A stretch of 64,000 nt of DNA from contig OX597824.1 in NCBI GenBank assembly GCA_951406725.2, forward strand, positions 84,568,001 to 84,632,000, written 5' to 3'. Under the pieces are notes generated by a model. That model saw only the letters and a program-made list of their open reading frames with translations. It was not told the DNA's origin and ran no database searches. Source of the DNA: Octopus vulgaris (taxonomy: Eukaryota). This document shows, one piece after another, positions 40,791 through 53,943 of the stretch. Position 1 is the first letter of the stretch, and every line of letters starts with the position of its first letter. Position numbers and translations under genes: made by a program.

Positions 40791-41289
40791 ACAGGCAAAA
40801 TACGCTCAGCGGCATTTCTTCCGACTCGACTCTGTTCTCCATCCTTTCGGGGTAGATAAAATAACATTTGACCGCTAGGGTCAATGTAATCCGTTAACCC
40901 TCTCTCCCACCGAAATTCCAGTTATTGCGCATATCTTTTATCTTTCACTTGCTTCAGTCATTAGATTGTGGCAATGCTGGGGCACCACCTTGAAGGATTT
41001 TAGCTGAACAACTCGACCCCAGTACATTTTTTTAGTACTTATTCTATCGGTCTATTTTGCCGAACTGCTAGTTAACGGGGACGTAAAAACACCAACACCG
41101 GTTGTCAGGATATAAATGAAAGAGAAATATGAACTTCATAAAGTTCATCATATTTCTTTATCATTTATATCTTTACATTCTCCTTATTCTTTTCCCATGT
41201 ATATTACCTTATACTCTATGTGGTTTATGGTGACAAACTAAGGAGCTTTTTCATGAATACTGCCGGATTAATTGAATCCATATACTGTG

Positions 41290-41337
<48 letters not shown>

Positions 41338-41569
41338 TTAATCCAAACAAGAAAACACAGAAAAAAACACAGCAACGCGAGGACGTGGAACAATTGAAGT
41401 ATTATTTTCCCATGTCCGAGAAGGGGTAGACGAATCATATATATATATATATACGCGACGGGCTTCTTTTAGTTTCCATCTACTAAATCCTCTCATAAAG
41501 CTTTGGTCGGCCCTAGGCTATAGTAGAATGCATTTGCCCAATATGCTACGCAGTGGGACTGTGCATGCA

Positions 41570-41925
41570 CACTAAGTTTTAACTGCTGGTAACAGCAGTA
41601 TTTGGAAGGAAGGTGTGTGGCGTCTGATCGTCGCATTGACCATGACAAAGTTGTCATGGCGATACCTGCTCAGAGGCCTACGCGAAGTTGCAGAAAGTGT
41701 ATGGAGAGGAGTGTATGAGCCGCATACACGTGTACGAGTGGTTCAGACGTTTCAAAATGGCCGAAAAAATGTCAATAGTCACGAACATTCTGGGAGACCC
41801 GCAACCAGCAAAACTGAGTAAAACATCGCAGATGTGCGTGCAGCTGTGAGGGGAAGTCGTCAAATCATCATCCGTGAGTTACCAGAGGATGGGCAAATTA
41901 GTTACGGTTGAATTCAGTCCAGTGT
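41570..41925 (+). mobile_element. mariner transposase N-terminal relic
   Basis: YGEECMSRIHVYEWFRRF..GRKNVNSHEHSGRPATS. Confidence 0.75.
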
Positions 41926-41939
41926 GTGTGTGTGTGTTT

Positions 41940-42212
41940 GCGCCCTTTTCAAGCCTAGCCAGGCTCGTGGGCCCGGTTCCTCAGTTTCTGTGGCGTATGT
42001 GTTCCCCCCAGCTGGACGGGACGCCAGTCCATCGCAGCGTTACTCAAGAAACGGGAAGAAAGATTGAGAGAATGTCGGGGCGAAAGAGTACAACAGGGGT
42101 CGCCCCCCCCCCTGCCGGTATTTTCGCTCAATAAATTCCGGTCTGGGAATAGAAACCGCGATCCTCCAACCGGGAGTCCGCTGCCCTAACCACTGGGCCT
42201 TTGCGCCTCCAC
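41940..42212 (-). mobile_element. SINE family C
   Basis: Reverse complement of the 15889 copy. Confidence 0.8.
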
Positions 42213-42823
42213 GCCCAGTGTGCGTAAGAAATATTAATGAAAAGCCTGCTTATAAAGAATACACACACGTGGATACACACATACAATACTCACGCACGTC
42301 TATAAAAAAAGGCCCAATACTAAAACAGCTTAGGGTTCAAGGATCCCACGGCTTTTCAATTCCTTGCAAAACAAAAATATTAAAAAAGGAGATAACCCAG
42401 AAGTGCAGTTAGATGTTGTAAAAAACAAAACAGGCACGGGATGAACCTAAATCAGGGCAAGAAATACAAATAAGGGCTACGTTATCCAAGTCACTGATTC
42501 ACTAGAACTAAACACGGAGGGAGGACCGTTGTAGTGAAATGACATAAAGTTGGAATCCACGTCAATGGCGATGCCCCAGGTGGGCAAGATTTCATCGGCT
42601 GAAACAAATTAAAAATGTAGTATTAAAAGTACACTCATGCATTCTGAGATAATTTCTTTTTCTTTTGTCATTACTACACAATGCTCGACTGACGCTTTAT
42701 TCTGAATATTTAGACTGAGTTCTAACACCAGGCCGTCATTATCGCTTCGCCTAAGTGAAATACTGAAATACAAATGCATGCATACATACATACAGACATA
42801 CATACATACATACATACATACAT

Positions 42824-42858
<35 letters not shown>

Positions 42859-42948
42859 TACATACATACATACATACATACATACATACATACATACATA
42901 CATACATACATACATACATACATACATACATACATACACACACATACA

Positions 42949-43870
42949 TAAACTTCAATAAAATGTAAGTTCAACAGACCTGATATATTGGGTTGTCCGG
43001 AAAGTTCGTGCCGATTTTTAAAGGAAAGAAAAAGGTCAATAAATACTTGCCATTATATTTTTAATCAACCAAGTATGAACCATTTTGTTGCACAATGCAT
43101 CTCCATCTTTCCTTTAACTTGAAGATAACCTCTTCCCAGAATCGTGGTGGTTTCATGGCAAAGAATTCATCAAGGTATCTTTTTACGTCATCCAAGGAAT
43201 TGAAATTTTTACCATTAAGACTATTCTGCAGAGACCTGAATAAGTGGAAATCCGAACGAGCAATATCTGGTGAATATGGAGGGTGGGGTAACACATCCCA
43301 TCCGGGCTGCAGCAATTTTTGTCTGGTTCCCAAAGCATCAAGTGCCGAAAATGAACTTTCTTATCTTCCATTTTAAAGGGTTACAGAATTAACACAGGTT
43401 ATAGGAACATAAATCTTCTTCCACGAAAAGATAGCTTAAACTGTGCTCTAAATGAAGGTGTAGTCAAATCCTATTTTATGGTCTCAGCCATGTTCTAAAA
43501 TAAGCCGAAAGGTGAGCTACTATAAATCGGCACGAACTTTCCGAACAATCCAATAATTATTTGGGATAGAGAAGAAAAACTGTGTACCGTTGTGGAAACT
43601 ATCTGCCCAGCGATTGTTAACATAAAGCTGAAGATCAGGGAAAAACAGAATACCTACGCTAAACTATTGAGAAATCTGCAGTTACTCTATCAAGATTACA
43701 AGTTCAGATTTATACCTGTAATTATTGGGGCACTGCCTAAATACCAATCTTCAGAAATAAGGCTTCTCAAAACCAGAAAGGAGAAAGCTAATTCGAAGAC
43801 TATAGATCCAATCCATCACTGGAACTGTAAAATTCTGTAAAACTTTCCAAAAGTTTATCATTTAAATATA
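42949..43870 (+). mobile_element. R4/Dong-like RLE LINE 3' fragment inserted in (TACA)n and split by a mariner element
   Basis: Removing 42988-43555 restores CKFNRPDIIIWDREEKLCTVVE..CPA..K...Y...FIPVIIGAL, a PD-(D/E)xK endonuclease. Confidence 0.75.
42988..43553 (-). mobile_element. Internally deleted mariner (566 bp), copy 1
   Basis: TIR TTGGGTTGTCCGGAAAGTTCGTGCCGATTT, TA TSD, HPPYSPDIA.SDFHLF motif. Confidence 0.92.
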
Positions 43871-43975
43871 CAGGGGTTGGACAAAATAATATGGGGTAGG
43901 ACCGCCTTTGGTAGTAATTACATCTTGAATTCTATGAGGTATGGACTCGTACAAACTAAATTGTTTCCAAAGGAA
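43871..43975 (-). mobile_element. Tc1 3' terminal fragment
   Basis: CAGGGGTTGGACAAAATAAT TIR and minus-strand YESIPHRIQDVITTKGGPTPY. Confidence 0.65.
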
Positions 43976-44682
43976 TTTTTCGAGTGGCATTGGCGCTTCA
44001 AAAATGGAAGAACGTCCCTGCAAGACGATAAGCGATTTGGAAGACCTGCCACAAGCGTCACCCCCGGAAATAGGGAGAAAAATTCATCAGCTTGTATATG
44101 AGGATCGTCGGAGGACAATCAACGACGTTGCTGATGTTGTTGGTCTGTCGTATGGGTCGGTGCAGGCAATCCTAACGTCTGAATTGAACATGTGGTGTGA
44201 CACTGCCAAGTTTGTCCCCCGCCTGTTGACCACTGAGTAGAAAGAACATTGCGTCGAAGTCTGTCAAAATGTACGTCAGCATACCGCTGTTGACCCATTC
44301 TTCATGTCGAGGGTCATCACCGGTGATGAGAGTTGGGTCTACGAGTACGACACACTGAGACGAAGCAGCAGTTGTCGCAATGGAAGAAGCCTTCATTTCC
44401 ACGACCGAAGAAGGCACGCCCAGAGCCGCAGCTCGATCAAGAGCATACTCTCTTTACCCTTTTACTTGTTTCAGTCATTTGACTGCGGCCATGCTGGAGC
44501 ACCGCCTTTTAGTCGAGCAAATCGACCCCAGGACTTATTCTTTGTAAGCCCAGTACTTATTCTATCGGTTAGTACTTATTCTATCGGTTTGTCGAACCAC
44601 TAAGTTACGGGGACGTAAACACCCCCCATCGGTTGTCAAGTGATATTGGGGGGACAAACACAGACACTCAAACATACACACT

Positions 44683-44724
<42 letters not shown>

Positions 44725-45441
44725 CATATATACGACGGGCTTCTTTCAATTTCCGTCTACCAAATCCACTCACAAGGCTTTGGTCGGCCCGATGCTATAG
44801 TAGAAGACACTTGCCCAAGGTGCCACGCAGTTGGACTGAACCCAGAACCATGTGGTTGGTAAGCAAGCTACTTACCACACAGCCACTCCTGCGCCTATGT
44901 ACTAGTACTTTTTTTTTTTTATCCGGGTATTGTGCATCGAGAATTCGTCGCCCAGGGCCAGGCCACCAATCGAGAGTTCCACTGCGAGGCTTTGAAGCGT
45001 TTGATGGAGAACATTCGGCGAAAGCGACCGGATCTGTGGCTCACAAAGAATTGGATTCCTCACGACAACAATACACCCTGTCACCGAACTCTCCTTACTC
45101 GTGAGTGTCTTGCCAAAAACAACGTGGTATCACTTCACCCCTATTCGCTCTATTCGCCAGATTTAGCATCTGCGGACTTCCATCTCTTCCCCAAGATGAA
45201 AATTCAGCTCAAAGGTCGCCGTTTTAACACCGTTGTCGATATCCAGACCGAATCGCAGAAGGTTCTCGACTCGCTTACGGAAAATGGCTTCCAGGTCGGA
45301 TTCCAAAAGTGGCAGGAAGGCTCGGACCAGTGTATTGCTGCGCAAGGAGACTATTTCGAAGGAAATTAAATTAAAACCTAGGTAAATAAGTTATTTTTTT
45401 ATTGAACATAACTAGTCTCAGAACCTATTGTTACCACCTCG
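43976..45441 (+). mobile_element. mariner transposase relic interrupted by SINE A (44450-44896)
   Basis: FVPRLLT, VITGDESWVYEYD, HDNNTPCH, YSPDLASADFHLFPKMK, QGDYFEG; right TIR ends CCACCTCG-TA. Confidence 0.88.
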
Positions 45442-45553
45442 TACATAAACTTTCCAGAAGTTTATCATTTAAGTATATACGCAACTATATATATGAGAAT
45501 ATATACATAAAGCAAACATACAAATCTGCTCATACACTGACTCCATAAAACTG

Positions 45554-46399
45554 CATACATACATACAGGCATACATACATACATACATACATACATACAT
45601 ACATACATACATACATACATACATACATACATACATACATACATACATACATACATACATACATACACACACATACATACATACATACATACATACATGC
45701 ATACATACATACATACATACATACATACATACATACATCATACATACATGCATACATACATACATACATACATACATACATACATCATACATACATACAT
45801 ACATACATCATACATACATACATACATACGCTGTGTGGTAAGTAGCTTGTTTACCAGCCACATGGTTCCGGGTTCAGTCCCACTGCATGGCACCTTGGGC
45901 AAGTGTCTTCTGCTATAGCCTCGGGCCGACCAAAGCCTTGTGAGTGGATTTGGTAGACGGAAACTGAAAGAAGCCCGTCGTATATATGTATATATATATA
46001 TATATGCGTGTGTGTGTTTGTGTGTCTGTGTTTATCCCCCTAGCATCGCTTGACAACCGATGCTGGTGTGTTTATGTCCCCGTTACTTAGCGGTTCGGCA
46101 AAAGAGACCGATAGAATAAGTACTGGGCTTACAAAAGAATGTCCTGGGGTCGAGTTGCTCGATTAAAGGTGGTGCTCCAGCATGGCCGCAGTCAAATGAC
46201 TGAAACAAGTAAAATAGTAAAAGAGTAAAGAGTATACATACATACATACATGCATGCATGCATACATACATACATACATACATACATACATACATACATA
46301 CACACACACATACATACATACATACATACATACATACATACATACATACATACATACATACATACATACATACATACATACATACATACATACATACAT
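45554..46399. repeat. (TACA)n microsatellite blocks (also 42780-42948 and 57190-57265)
   Basis: Seen directly in the sequence. Confidence 0.95.
45830..46232 (+). mobile_element. SINE family A within a (TACA)n array
   Basis: Matches family A. Confidence 0.85.
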
Positions 46400-46629
46400 G
46401 CAAAAATACTCTGTTGATGTTGCTGAAATTCCAATGAAGGAGCCTTGGATCTGACTTAGAAATCGGCTTTTTCTCTATTGGCAAGAAATCTTGAAATAAA
46501 ATTGAATAATAACGTTCATATATCACAGAGAGGAACAACTTATTGTGTCTTTTCCCACATAAGTGTGCCCTTAGTTCTTAATAACCCATTTCCATCACAG
46601 TTTATAGATTTATTCTATAATACAAGAAG

Positions 46630-46846
46630 AAAAAAAACCCGAGGTCGAAACTGAATGCAAGCATTTCTTGGCATTTAATCCGTTGGATTTTTATCAAAAA
46701 GGCATAAATGACCTTGTTAATCGATGGAAGAAATGCAAAGCTGTTCAGAGGTCATATTTTGAATAATTAAACCTTTGTAGGAGTTCGGTTTTTCAAGAAC
46801 ATGGGCTTATTTTTAAAATCGGCCATTATTTTCAGAACAATCTAAA
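46630..46846 (+). mobile_element. mariner 3' relic
   Basis: FYQKGINDLVNRWKKC...YFE* followed by a degenerate TIR. Confidence 0.6.
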
Positions 46847-48331
46847 AGCATCCGAACAATCACCTCATCATGTGTAATTCAATTTTGGAGTTACCTCCCC
46901 TTTTTCACGACCAGATTTCATAAACATCAGTCATTGAACTTAGGTGTTCTTCTCATTGCAATATTAATTTCATTTAACTGAAATCGTTTTACTCACAAGA
47001 TTTACTATATCAGTAACACGCTCAGTAAACATTTGGTCAGACGCGTGTCAAGCTTATAATAACCCGAACGATTCAGGTCGTAATTTTGATGTCGTTAATT
47101 ACACAAGAAATTGTGTAAACCCTGTAACTAATTACGTATTTATAGACTGGAAGCCTTATGCCCGTGAGGCTAATTTAAGGCTACGGAATAAGACAAGACG
47201 TGATTATTTTATAGTCGAGAACTATCGTGTTGAAGTTACGTGGATTCAGAGGTTTGATGAATAACCTTTATCCTTTGGGAAAATATAAGCTAAGAGAGTG
47301 GTATTAATATGTTTGATTTTCATGATGAGGGACGTTTCTTTTTTTACTGTTTTACTCGTCATAACAACTAAACTCACTAACAGAAATTCTTTTGGCTTTT
47401 ATAATTATTGTAGCAGATCTTTACTTTGGTTTAAACAATCAGAATATTGTCAGATTGAGTAATGGTGTTAGCAAACATCTGGTCAACAAAATTATGTGTA
47501 AGCGTCTCCTGAATTTCTGAGTGGATCTGTATCAGAAACTCAGCGACGTGCCCGGCAAAGAGTAGCGGCAAGGAAATTCTTATTTAGAGCAAGGTCTCCA
47601 CAAATACAACTATCAAAATGCTGAACTATGAAAAAAGAGCCATCTTCATTAACACTAGTATACTCACCACTATCACCGGAATATTCGTGTTTCTCTCTTA
47701 ACAAACATATTACTACTATGAACAGAACTTTCCGATATTGCTGTTATTTTTCTTTGGACCGTCGCGTCCGATACTGGGTTTTAATAATGAACAAACGATG
47801 AGTCGAAAACGAACGACTGTTTTTCTCATTCATCCAACTTTCCATACATCCCATTCATTTATTGCTAAACCATTATTACCGACATAGATTTTCGCCACTT
47901 TTGTTAAATTCTGGCGTGTATGATTTGTTAATTTAAAATATGGCTTTAATAAATTTAATTCTTTTTCTCTTTTGAGTATGAGCTTTATAATCTTCCCTTT
48001 CTTCCTTGTACACCTCACACATCACGACTACCATATTATACTCTGGTTCTTTTAACAATATTTATGTATTCCGTCACTTCAGTATAAACATAACGGCCTT
48101 CGAATTAAACCGCCCCCCCCCCATCACTCCTTTCATCTTTTATTTCTTACTTGCTTCAGTCATTAGACTATGGCCATGCTGGGGCACCACCTCGAACAAT
48201 TTTAGTCGAATGAATCGATCCCAGTATTATTTTTTAAAGCCTGGTACTTATTCTATCGGCCTCTTTTGCCGAACCCCTAAGTTACAGGGACGCAAACACA
48301 CCAATACCGGTTTTCAAGCGGGGACAAACAT

Positions 48332-48366
<35 letters not shown>

Positions 48367-48369
<3 letters not shown>

Positions 48370-48700
48370 TAGAAGAAATAAGGTACTCAGAAATCTGGAT
48401 GGTTTTATATTTACAGACTTTTATTAATATGTCACATGTTTTTATAAATCATATATTAGCGCTTGCGTCCACTCTAGTGGATTCTTCAGATTCTAAAGAC
48501 TCCACTGCGTCCACTGTAGTGGAGTCTTCAGAATCCGAAGAATCCACTAGAGTGGACGCAAGCGCTAATATATGATTTATAAAAGCATGTGACATATTAA
48601 TAAATATCTGTAAATATAAAACCATCCAGATTTCTGAGTACCTTATTTCTTCTAATAGATAATACCTGTACATCATCTCCAAACATTTTAATATACATAC
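48367..48700. mobile_element. Penelope-like inverted end pair (291-bp palindrome plus short tail) in the TA tract of a SINE A copy
   Basis: Arms span 48367-48657. SINE A halves lie at about 48135-48330 and 48720-48880. Hammerhead-like CTGAAGA cores are present. Confidence 0.65.
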
Positions 48701-49299
48701 ATATATATGTATGTATATATACGACGGGCTTCTTTCAGTTTCTATTTATGAAATCCCCTAACATGGCTTTAGTCGCCCCGAGGCTATAGTAGAAGACATT
48801 TGCCCAAGGTGCCACGCTATGGAACTGAACACAAAACCGTATGGTTGGGAAGCAAACTTCCTACCACACAACCTCCTATAAGTTAATTCCATTTCTTCTT
48901 CTTCACTTTTTGTGGTGGTGGTGGTGGTGGTGGGACACGTGCACCTCTCTATAATTAAGACAAAGCAGAGCCTGCATCTGTATAATTCTTTTTTCGTCAT
49001 AGTGTTAGACATGTTTAAAAAATGGCGAAAAGCACTTTCATTTTACATTGCAATTTATCTTTTCAATCCTGACAGTTCACTTCTAAAGAGAAATACTGGT
49101 CTAACTTGTTGAACCAGTCTCTTTACCCCGCTCTTTCTCTGCCTCCCTATTTCTGATTGTCTGTCTCTGCTTGACTATCTCTCCCTCTCACCCCTCAGAG
49201 AATCACATTGGTCCTTGCCTGCAGACAAATAAAACTTTCCTTCTTCTACATATGCACACTTACACCGAAAAATTAATCTTTTTATCTTTTATCTCTTGC

Positions 49300-49872
49300 T
49301 TTATTCTTTTCTACTCTAGGCACAAGGCCCGAAATTTTTGGGAAGGGGGCCAGTCGATTAGATCGACCCCAGTACGCAAATGGTACTTAATTTATCGACT
49401 CCGAAAGATGAAAGGCAAAGTCGACCTCGGCGGAATTTGAACTCAGAACATAAAGACAGACGAAATACTGCTGAGCATTTCGCCCGGCGTACTAACGTTT
49501 CTTTTTTTTTTATTCCTTTATTGCCCACAAGGGGCTACACACAGAGGGGACAAACAAGGACAGACAAACGGATTAAGTCAATTATATTGACCCCAGTGCG
49601 AAACTGGTACTTATTTAATCGACCCCGAAAGGATAAAAAGCAAAGTCGGACCTTGGCGGAATTTGAACTCAGAACGTAACGGCAGACGAAATACCTATTT
49701 CTTTACTACCCACAAGGGGCTAAACACAGAAGGGGACAAACAACGACAGACAAACTGATTAAGTCTATTATATCAACCCCAGTGCGTAACTGGTACTTAT
49801 TTAATCGACTCCGAAAGGATGAAAGGCAAAGTCGACCTCAGCGGAATTTGAACTCAGAACGTAACGGCAGAC
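49300..49872 (-). mobile_element. SINE family B trimer
   Basis: Three units. Confidence 0.8.
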
Positions 49873-49999
49873 GTAATCTGAATGCTAAAGGGTTAACTAT
49901 TGTAGTTCACATCATTGGTCCATTGGAATTATTCCTCTTCATTTCATTTCGTTTATTATCTGTTGATTTATTTTATCTCCATCTTTCACGCTATCAACA

Positions 50000-50803
50000 T
50001 TTTTCTGTTCCTCTCTCTTTCTCTCTTTCTTTCTCTTTCACTGTGTCTCTTTCTTTTACTCTCATTCTCTCTTCCACTCCTTCCCTTCCTTATTTTAGTT
50101 TAGTTATCTTTCTCTTTCCCCGTGTCCTCTCTGTTTTTCTCTCTCTATCTCTATTTCCCTCTCTCTCTCTCTTTCTTTCTCTCTTTATCTCTATTTCCCT
50201 CTGTCTCTCCCTCTTTCTTTATCTCTCTATCTCTATTTCCCTCTCTCTCTCTCTTTCTCTTCTCTCATTCCTCTATGTACTCATCCTCCTCTTACTGCAG
50301 CTCTTTCCAAAAGCCTATTACCACAGCTGCCACCACCACCACCACCACTACCACTGTCTCTGCTGCCATCGCCGCTATCACTCCTCATCACTACAATCAC
50401 CACCACCATAATCCCCACCATCACCACCACCACCACAAAAGAAGAGCAACAAGAATAAGAACAACCGGATTTATTCAATCTCAGTCAAAATGTTTAGTTA
50501 AAATTTTTTTTTTAATTCATCTGTGACTGAGATTAAATACATCTCGGACTTTGCATTATTCTTTCGAAATGAATGATAAACAACAGGTTGTTCGTATCCG
50601 AAGTTTCTAACTGTTTAGTTTTAAAAATTATTAAATTTAAAATCTGTGACTGAGAATGAACAGATCCTTTTCTCCTCCCTCCCTCCTCCTCTCACCCCTG
50701 CCAGCAGCTGTTCTCTCTTTCCCCCTCTCTCTCTCTGTTTGTCTCTGTCTACCTCTCTCTCTCTCTGTTTGTCTCTGTCTGCCTCTCTCTCTCTCTCTCT
50801 GTT

Positions 50804-50834
<31 letters not shown>

Positions 50835-51110
50835 GCTTTGATACTTCTTTCCCATCCTCACTCTTTTATTAGATACTTCATTCAAGCGGCAGTGTAAACA
50901 ACATTCATACGCTTACACACAGACACATTTACACACACACAGACACACACACACGCACACACACTCACACACACACACGCACGAACTTGGCTTCACACAT
51001 ACACTTATACATATACTTTTACAAACTTACACGCACGTACACACGTACACACACACACACACACACACACACGCATGCAAACGTACGCACACACACACAG
51101 ACACATGCAT
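50000..51110. repeat. Low-complexity (CT)n, (CAC)n and (CA)n tracts
   Basis: Seen directly in the sequence. Confidence 0.9.
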
Positions 51111-51599
51111 GACCGATTTCCGAATTCAAATACGATGTGCCTGGCATTGTTCTAATGACTTTTAAGTGGGACATTTCAAAATGTGTCATTTTCTCTTTTA
51201 TTTCTTTAATTAATAAATGATATGGGAATGAGGCAGTTTTATGACCTTGGTAAGACCTTCCTCCAAGACTATAGCAAGACTCACGTAACTGATGACCTGC
51301 CCGAACATTTTAAAGAAAGACATGGTCAGGAAAGGAACAGGTGGGTTGATTCAAATGATTGCCATTGCTATAGAGTTCAAAGCAAACTCTGTTGAAATTA
51401 ACCAAAGGGTTTTTGAAACAAAAAGTATGAATAAACCGCAAAAATAATCAGGTGGTGGAGAGTAGTAGAAACAGAAAACAGAGTGATATTTGTCAGAAGA
51501 TATCTTTTTTAGTCAAGGGAGATAATGAGCAAGAACTTTGATGCATTAGCTTAAGAGGATATGCGCGCGCATATATGTGTGTGTGTACGTGTGCGTGTA

Positions 51600-52368
51600 T
51601 TGGTTTCAAATTTTGGCACAAGGACAGCAATTTCGAGGAAAGTTGCGGGGAGTCGATTACATCGACCCAACTGGTATTTATTTTATCAATCTCGGTGGAA
51701 TTTGAACTCAGAGTATAACGACCGACGAAATGCTGCTAAGCACTTTGCCCCGCGTGCTAACGATTCTTATTTCTTTATTGCCTACAAGGGACTAAACATA
51801 GAGGGGACAAACAAGGACAGACAAACGGATTAAGTCGATTACAGCGACCCCAGTGCGTAACTGGTACTTATTTAATCGACCCCGAAAGGATGAAAGACAA
51901 AGTCGACCTCGGCGGAATTTGAACTCAGAACGTAACGGCAAACGAAATACCTATTTCTTTATTACCCACACGGGGCTAAAGACAGAGGGGACAAACAAGG
52001 ACAGACATAGGTATTAAATCGATTACATCGACCCCAGTGCGTAACTGGTACTTAATTTATCGACCCCGAAAGGATGAAAGGCAAAGTCGACCTCGGCGGA
52101 ATTTGAACTCAGAACGTAACGGCAAACGAAATACCTATTTCTTTATTACCCACACGGGGCTAAAGACAGAGGGGACAAACAAGGACAGACATAGGTATTA
52201 AATCGATTACATCGACCCCAGTGCGTAACTGGTACTTAATTTATCGACCCCGAAAGGATGAAAGGCAAAGTCGACCTCGGCGGAATTTGAACTCAGAACG
52301 TAACGACAGACGAAATACGGCTACGCATTTCGCCCGGCGTGCTAACGTTTCTGCCAGCTCGCCGCCTT
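51600..52368 (-). mobile_element. SINE family B tetramer
   Basis: 184-bp period (junctions at 51944 and 52128). Confidence 0.88.
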
Positions 52369-52869
52369 TGCAGTGTGTACATTAAAAGTAGTTAAGGACA
52401 AACTAAATAGTGTCTTCAAAAGGCAAAGGCACACTGGGTAGTTATCTGAGGGTTCTCACAGGCCTAAGGGCCAAATTCTAATCTATGTATACGGTAGCCT
52501 TCTGTCAATAAATACATACACTTATACATACAAGTATGGGGGTTTAGTTCGCTAGATAAGTGCTGTAACGTATTACTAGGGATCCAAGGTCTTCCTGTTG
52601 TCTTTTTTCTCCGTTTTTTTTTATTAATTATATATGTGGGGGTGTATGTGTGTCTTTGTGCTGCATTTGTCCCTTTCTCGCCTCGTGACAACCGGTGTTG
52701 TTGTATTTACATCCCCGTAACATAGCGGTTCGGCTAAGGAGACAGATAAAATAAGTACCAGGCTTTAAAAATTAGTTCTGGAGATGATTCGTTCCACTAA
52801 AATTCCTTAAGCTTGTGCTCCAGCATGACTGCAGTCTAATGACTGAAACATAGAAAAAATAAAGGATAA

Positions 52870-53232
52870 AAGAGAGCGTTGTTCGGATATGATAGGGAGT
52901 ATCTCCAGGTTAAGCCGCCACTTATCAACACCAAGAGGCCATAGCTCTGGTCTAACTGACATATGATAGGAACGTTGCGTGAAAGAGTCGCAAGACGGAG
53001 CCTTCATGCCGAACCAACCGGCAAAGGTAGATCAAGAACGAGATGGATGGATAATATCCATTGTTTTCAGTTGGTTAGGGTTGGGTATCCAATTGGAAAG
53101 TGTAATGACGGTTGCTTCTAATAGGACCCTATAGAGGAGTTGCCTTAGGATCCTACCCTAGCGACCTTCTCCGAAATGGTGGACAAAGAAAATGGATGGA
53201 TGGATGGATGGATGGATGGATGGATGGATGGA
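52870..53232 (+). mobile_element. RTE/Expander-like LINE 3' end with (ATGG)n tail
   Basis: GRSRTRWMDNI..LGIQLE..LRILP remnants followed by (GATG)n. Confidence 0.6.
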
Positions 53233-53943
53233 TAGAGCCTCCCCGTACTCTAAAGATTGTCCATTGCATAAAACAAGACCCTGCCTATGTGGAGAAACTG
53301 CATGTCCTCAAGTAACCATTAGCATCACTCAACCAAAAACCCAAATTGATTTCTAATTGCAGTAACAGACGAGAAGTAACAGAAATGGGAGAGGTACGCA
53401 TAGAAGTGGCGCCCCTTATTTTTTGGCTCACAGAACAGGGTGGCTATAGTATCGTCCCCATCCCCCCTTCCCAACCGCAGTATCTTTGACCTTAGAGTAA
53501 CTCCAGTTCCGAACACTCATTTCCGTCACTGCATATGAGTGTTTCGCCTGGGCCATTTTACCGATAGATCTGGAAAATTATGTCCGTCAATGACTCCAAG
53601 ACAGACGAAAATGATGTGAAGACTCTTTTGCTATTAAAACTTAACTTTGGCCTTGATACTTTCCTTACAGGCTAGTAGCGCCCTCATTTCACCTTACATC
53701 GTAATAGTGCTATGTAGTTAGTGACCATTGTCAATAGTCTGTAACGGTTTCCAGTATTTGACCTACTTCGACCAATGGCAACCGAGTTTGCGAACGACCA
53801 ATTAGAAATTGTCTATCAAGTCACATCTGGATAAAACTTCACTCATAGCGAACATCTAAATCACTGGTCCTCAACGGGGGTCAATTTGACCCTTTGTGGT
53901 GGTGGGGAGAGGGTTTATATAAAATCTTGTTAAAATTTATATA

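Noticed and set aside
46420-46476. Hammerhead-like spacing CCAATGA...GAAATCGGCT after (TACA)n
   Set aside because: Too many core substitutions and weak stems to call without a family consensus.
42609-46538. Many ORFs of the MYVCMYVC / HTYIHTYI type
   Set aside because: They are translations of (TACA)n and (TG)n microsatellites.
49782-50897. 209-aa and His-rich ORFs
   Set aside because: They are low-complexity CT/CAC tracts plus SINE sequence with no protein signature.
51600-52368. Regular repeats resembling a CRISPR array
   Set aside because: They are contiguous 184-bp SINE units without unique spacers, in a eukaryotic context with no cas genes.
53240-53860. Possible minus-strand RTE reverse transcriptase relic
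   Set aside because: The motifs are too degraded to assign confidently.
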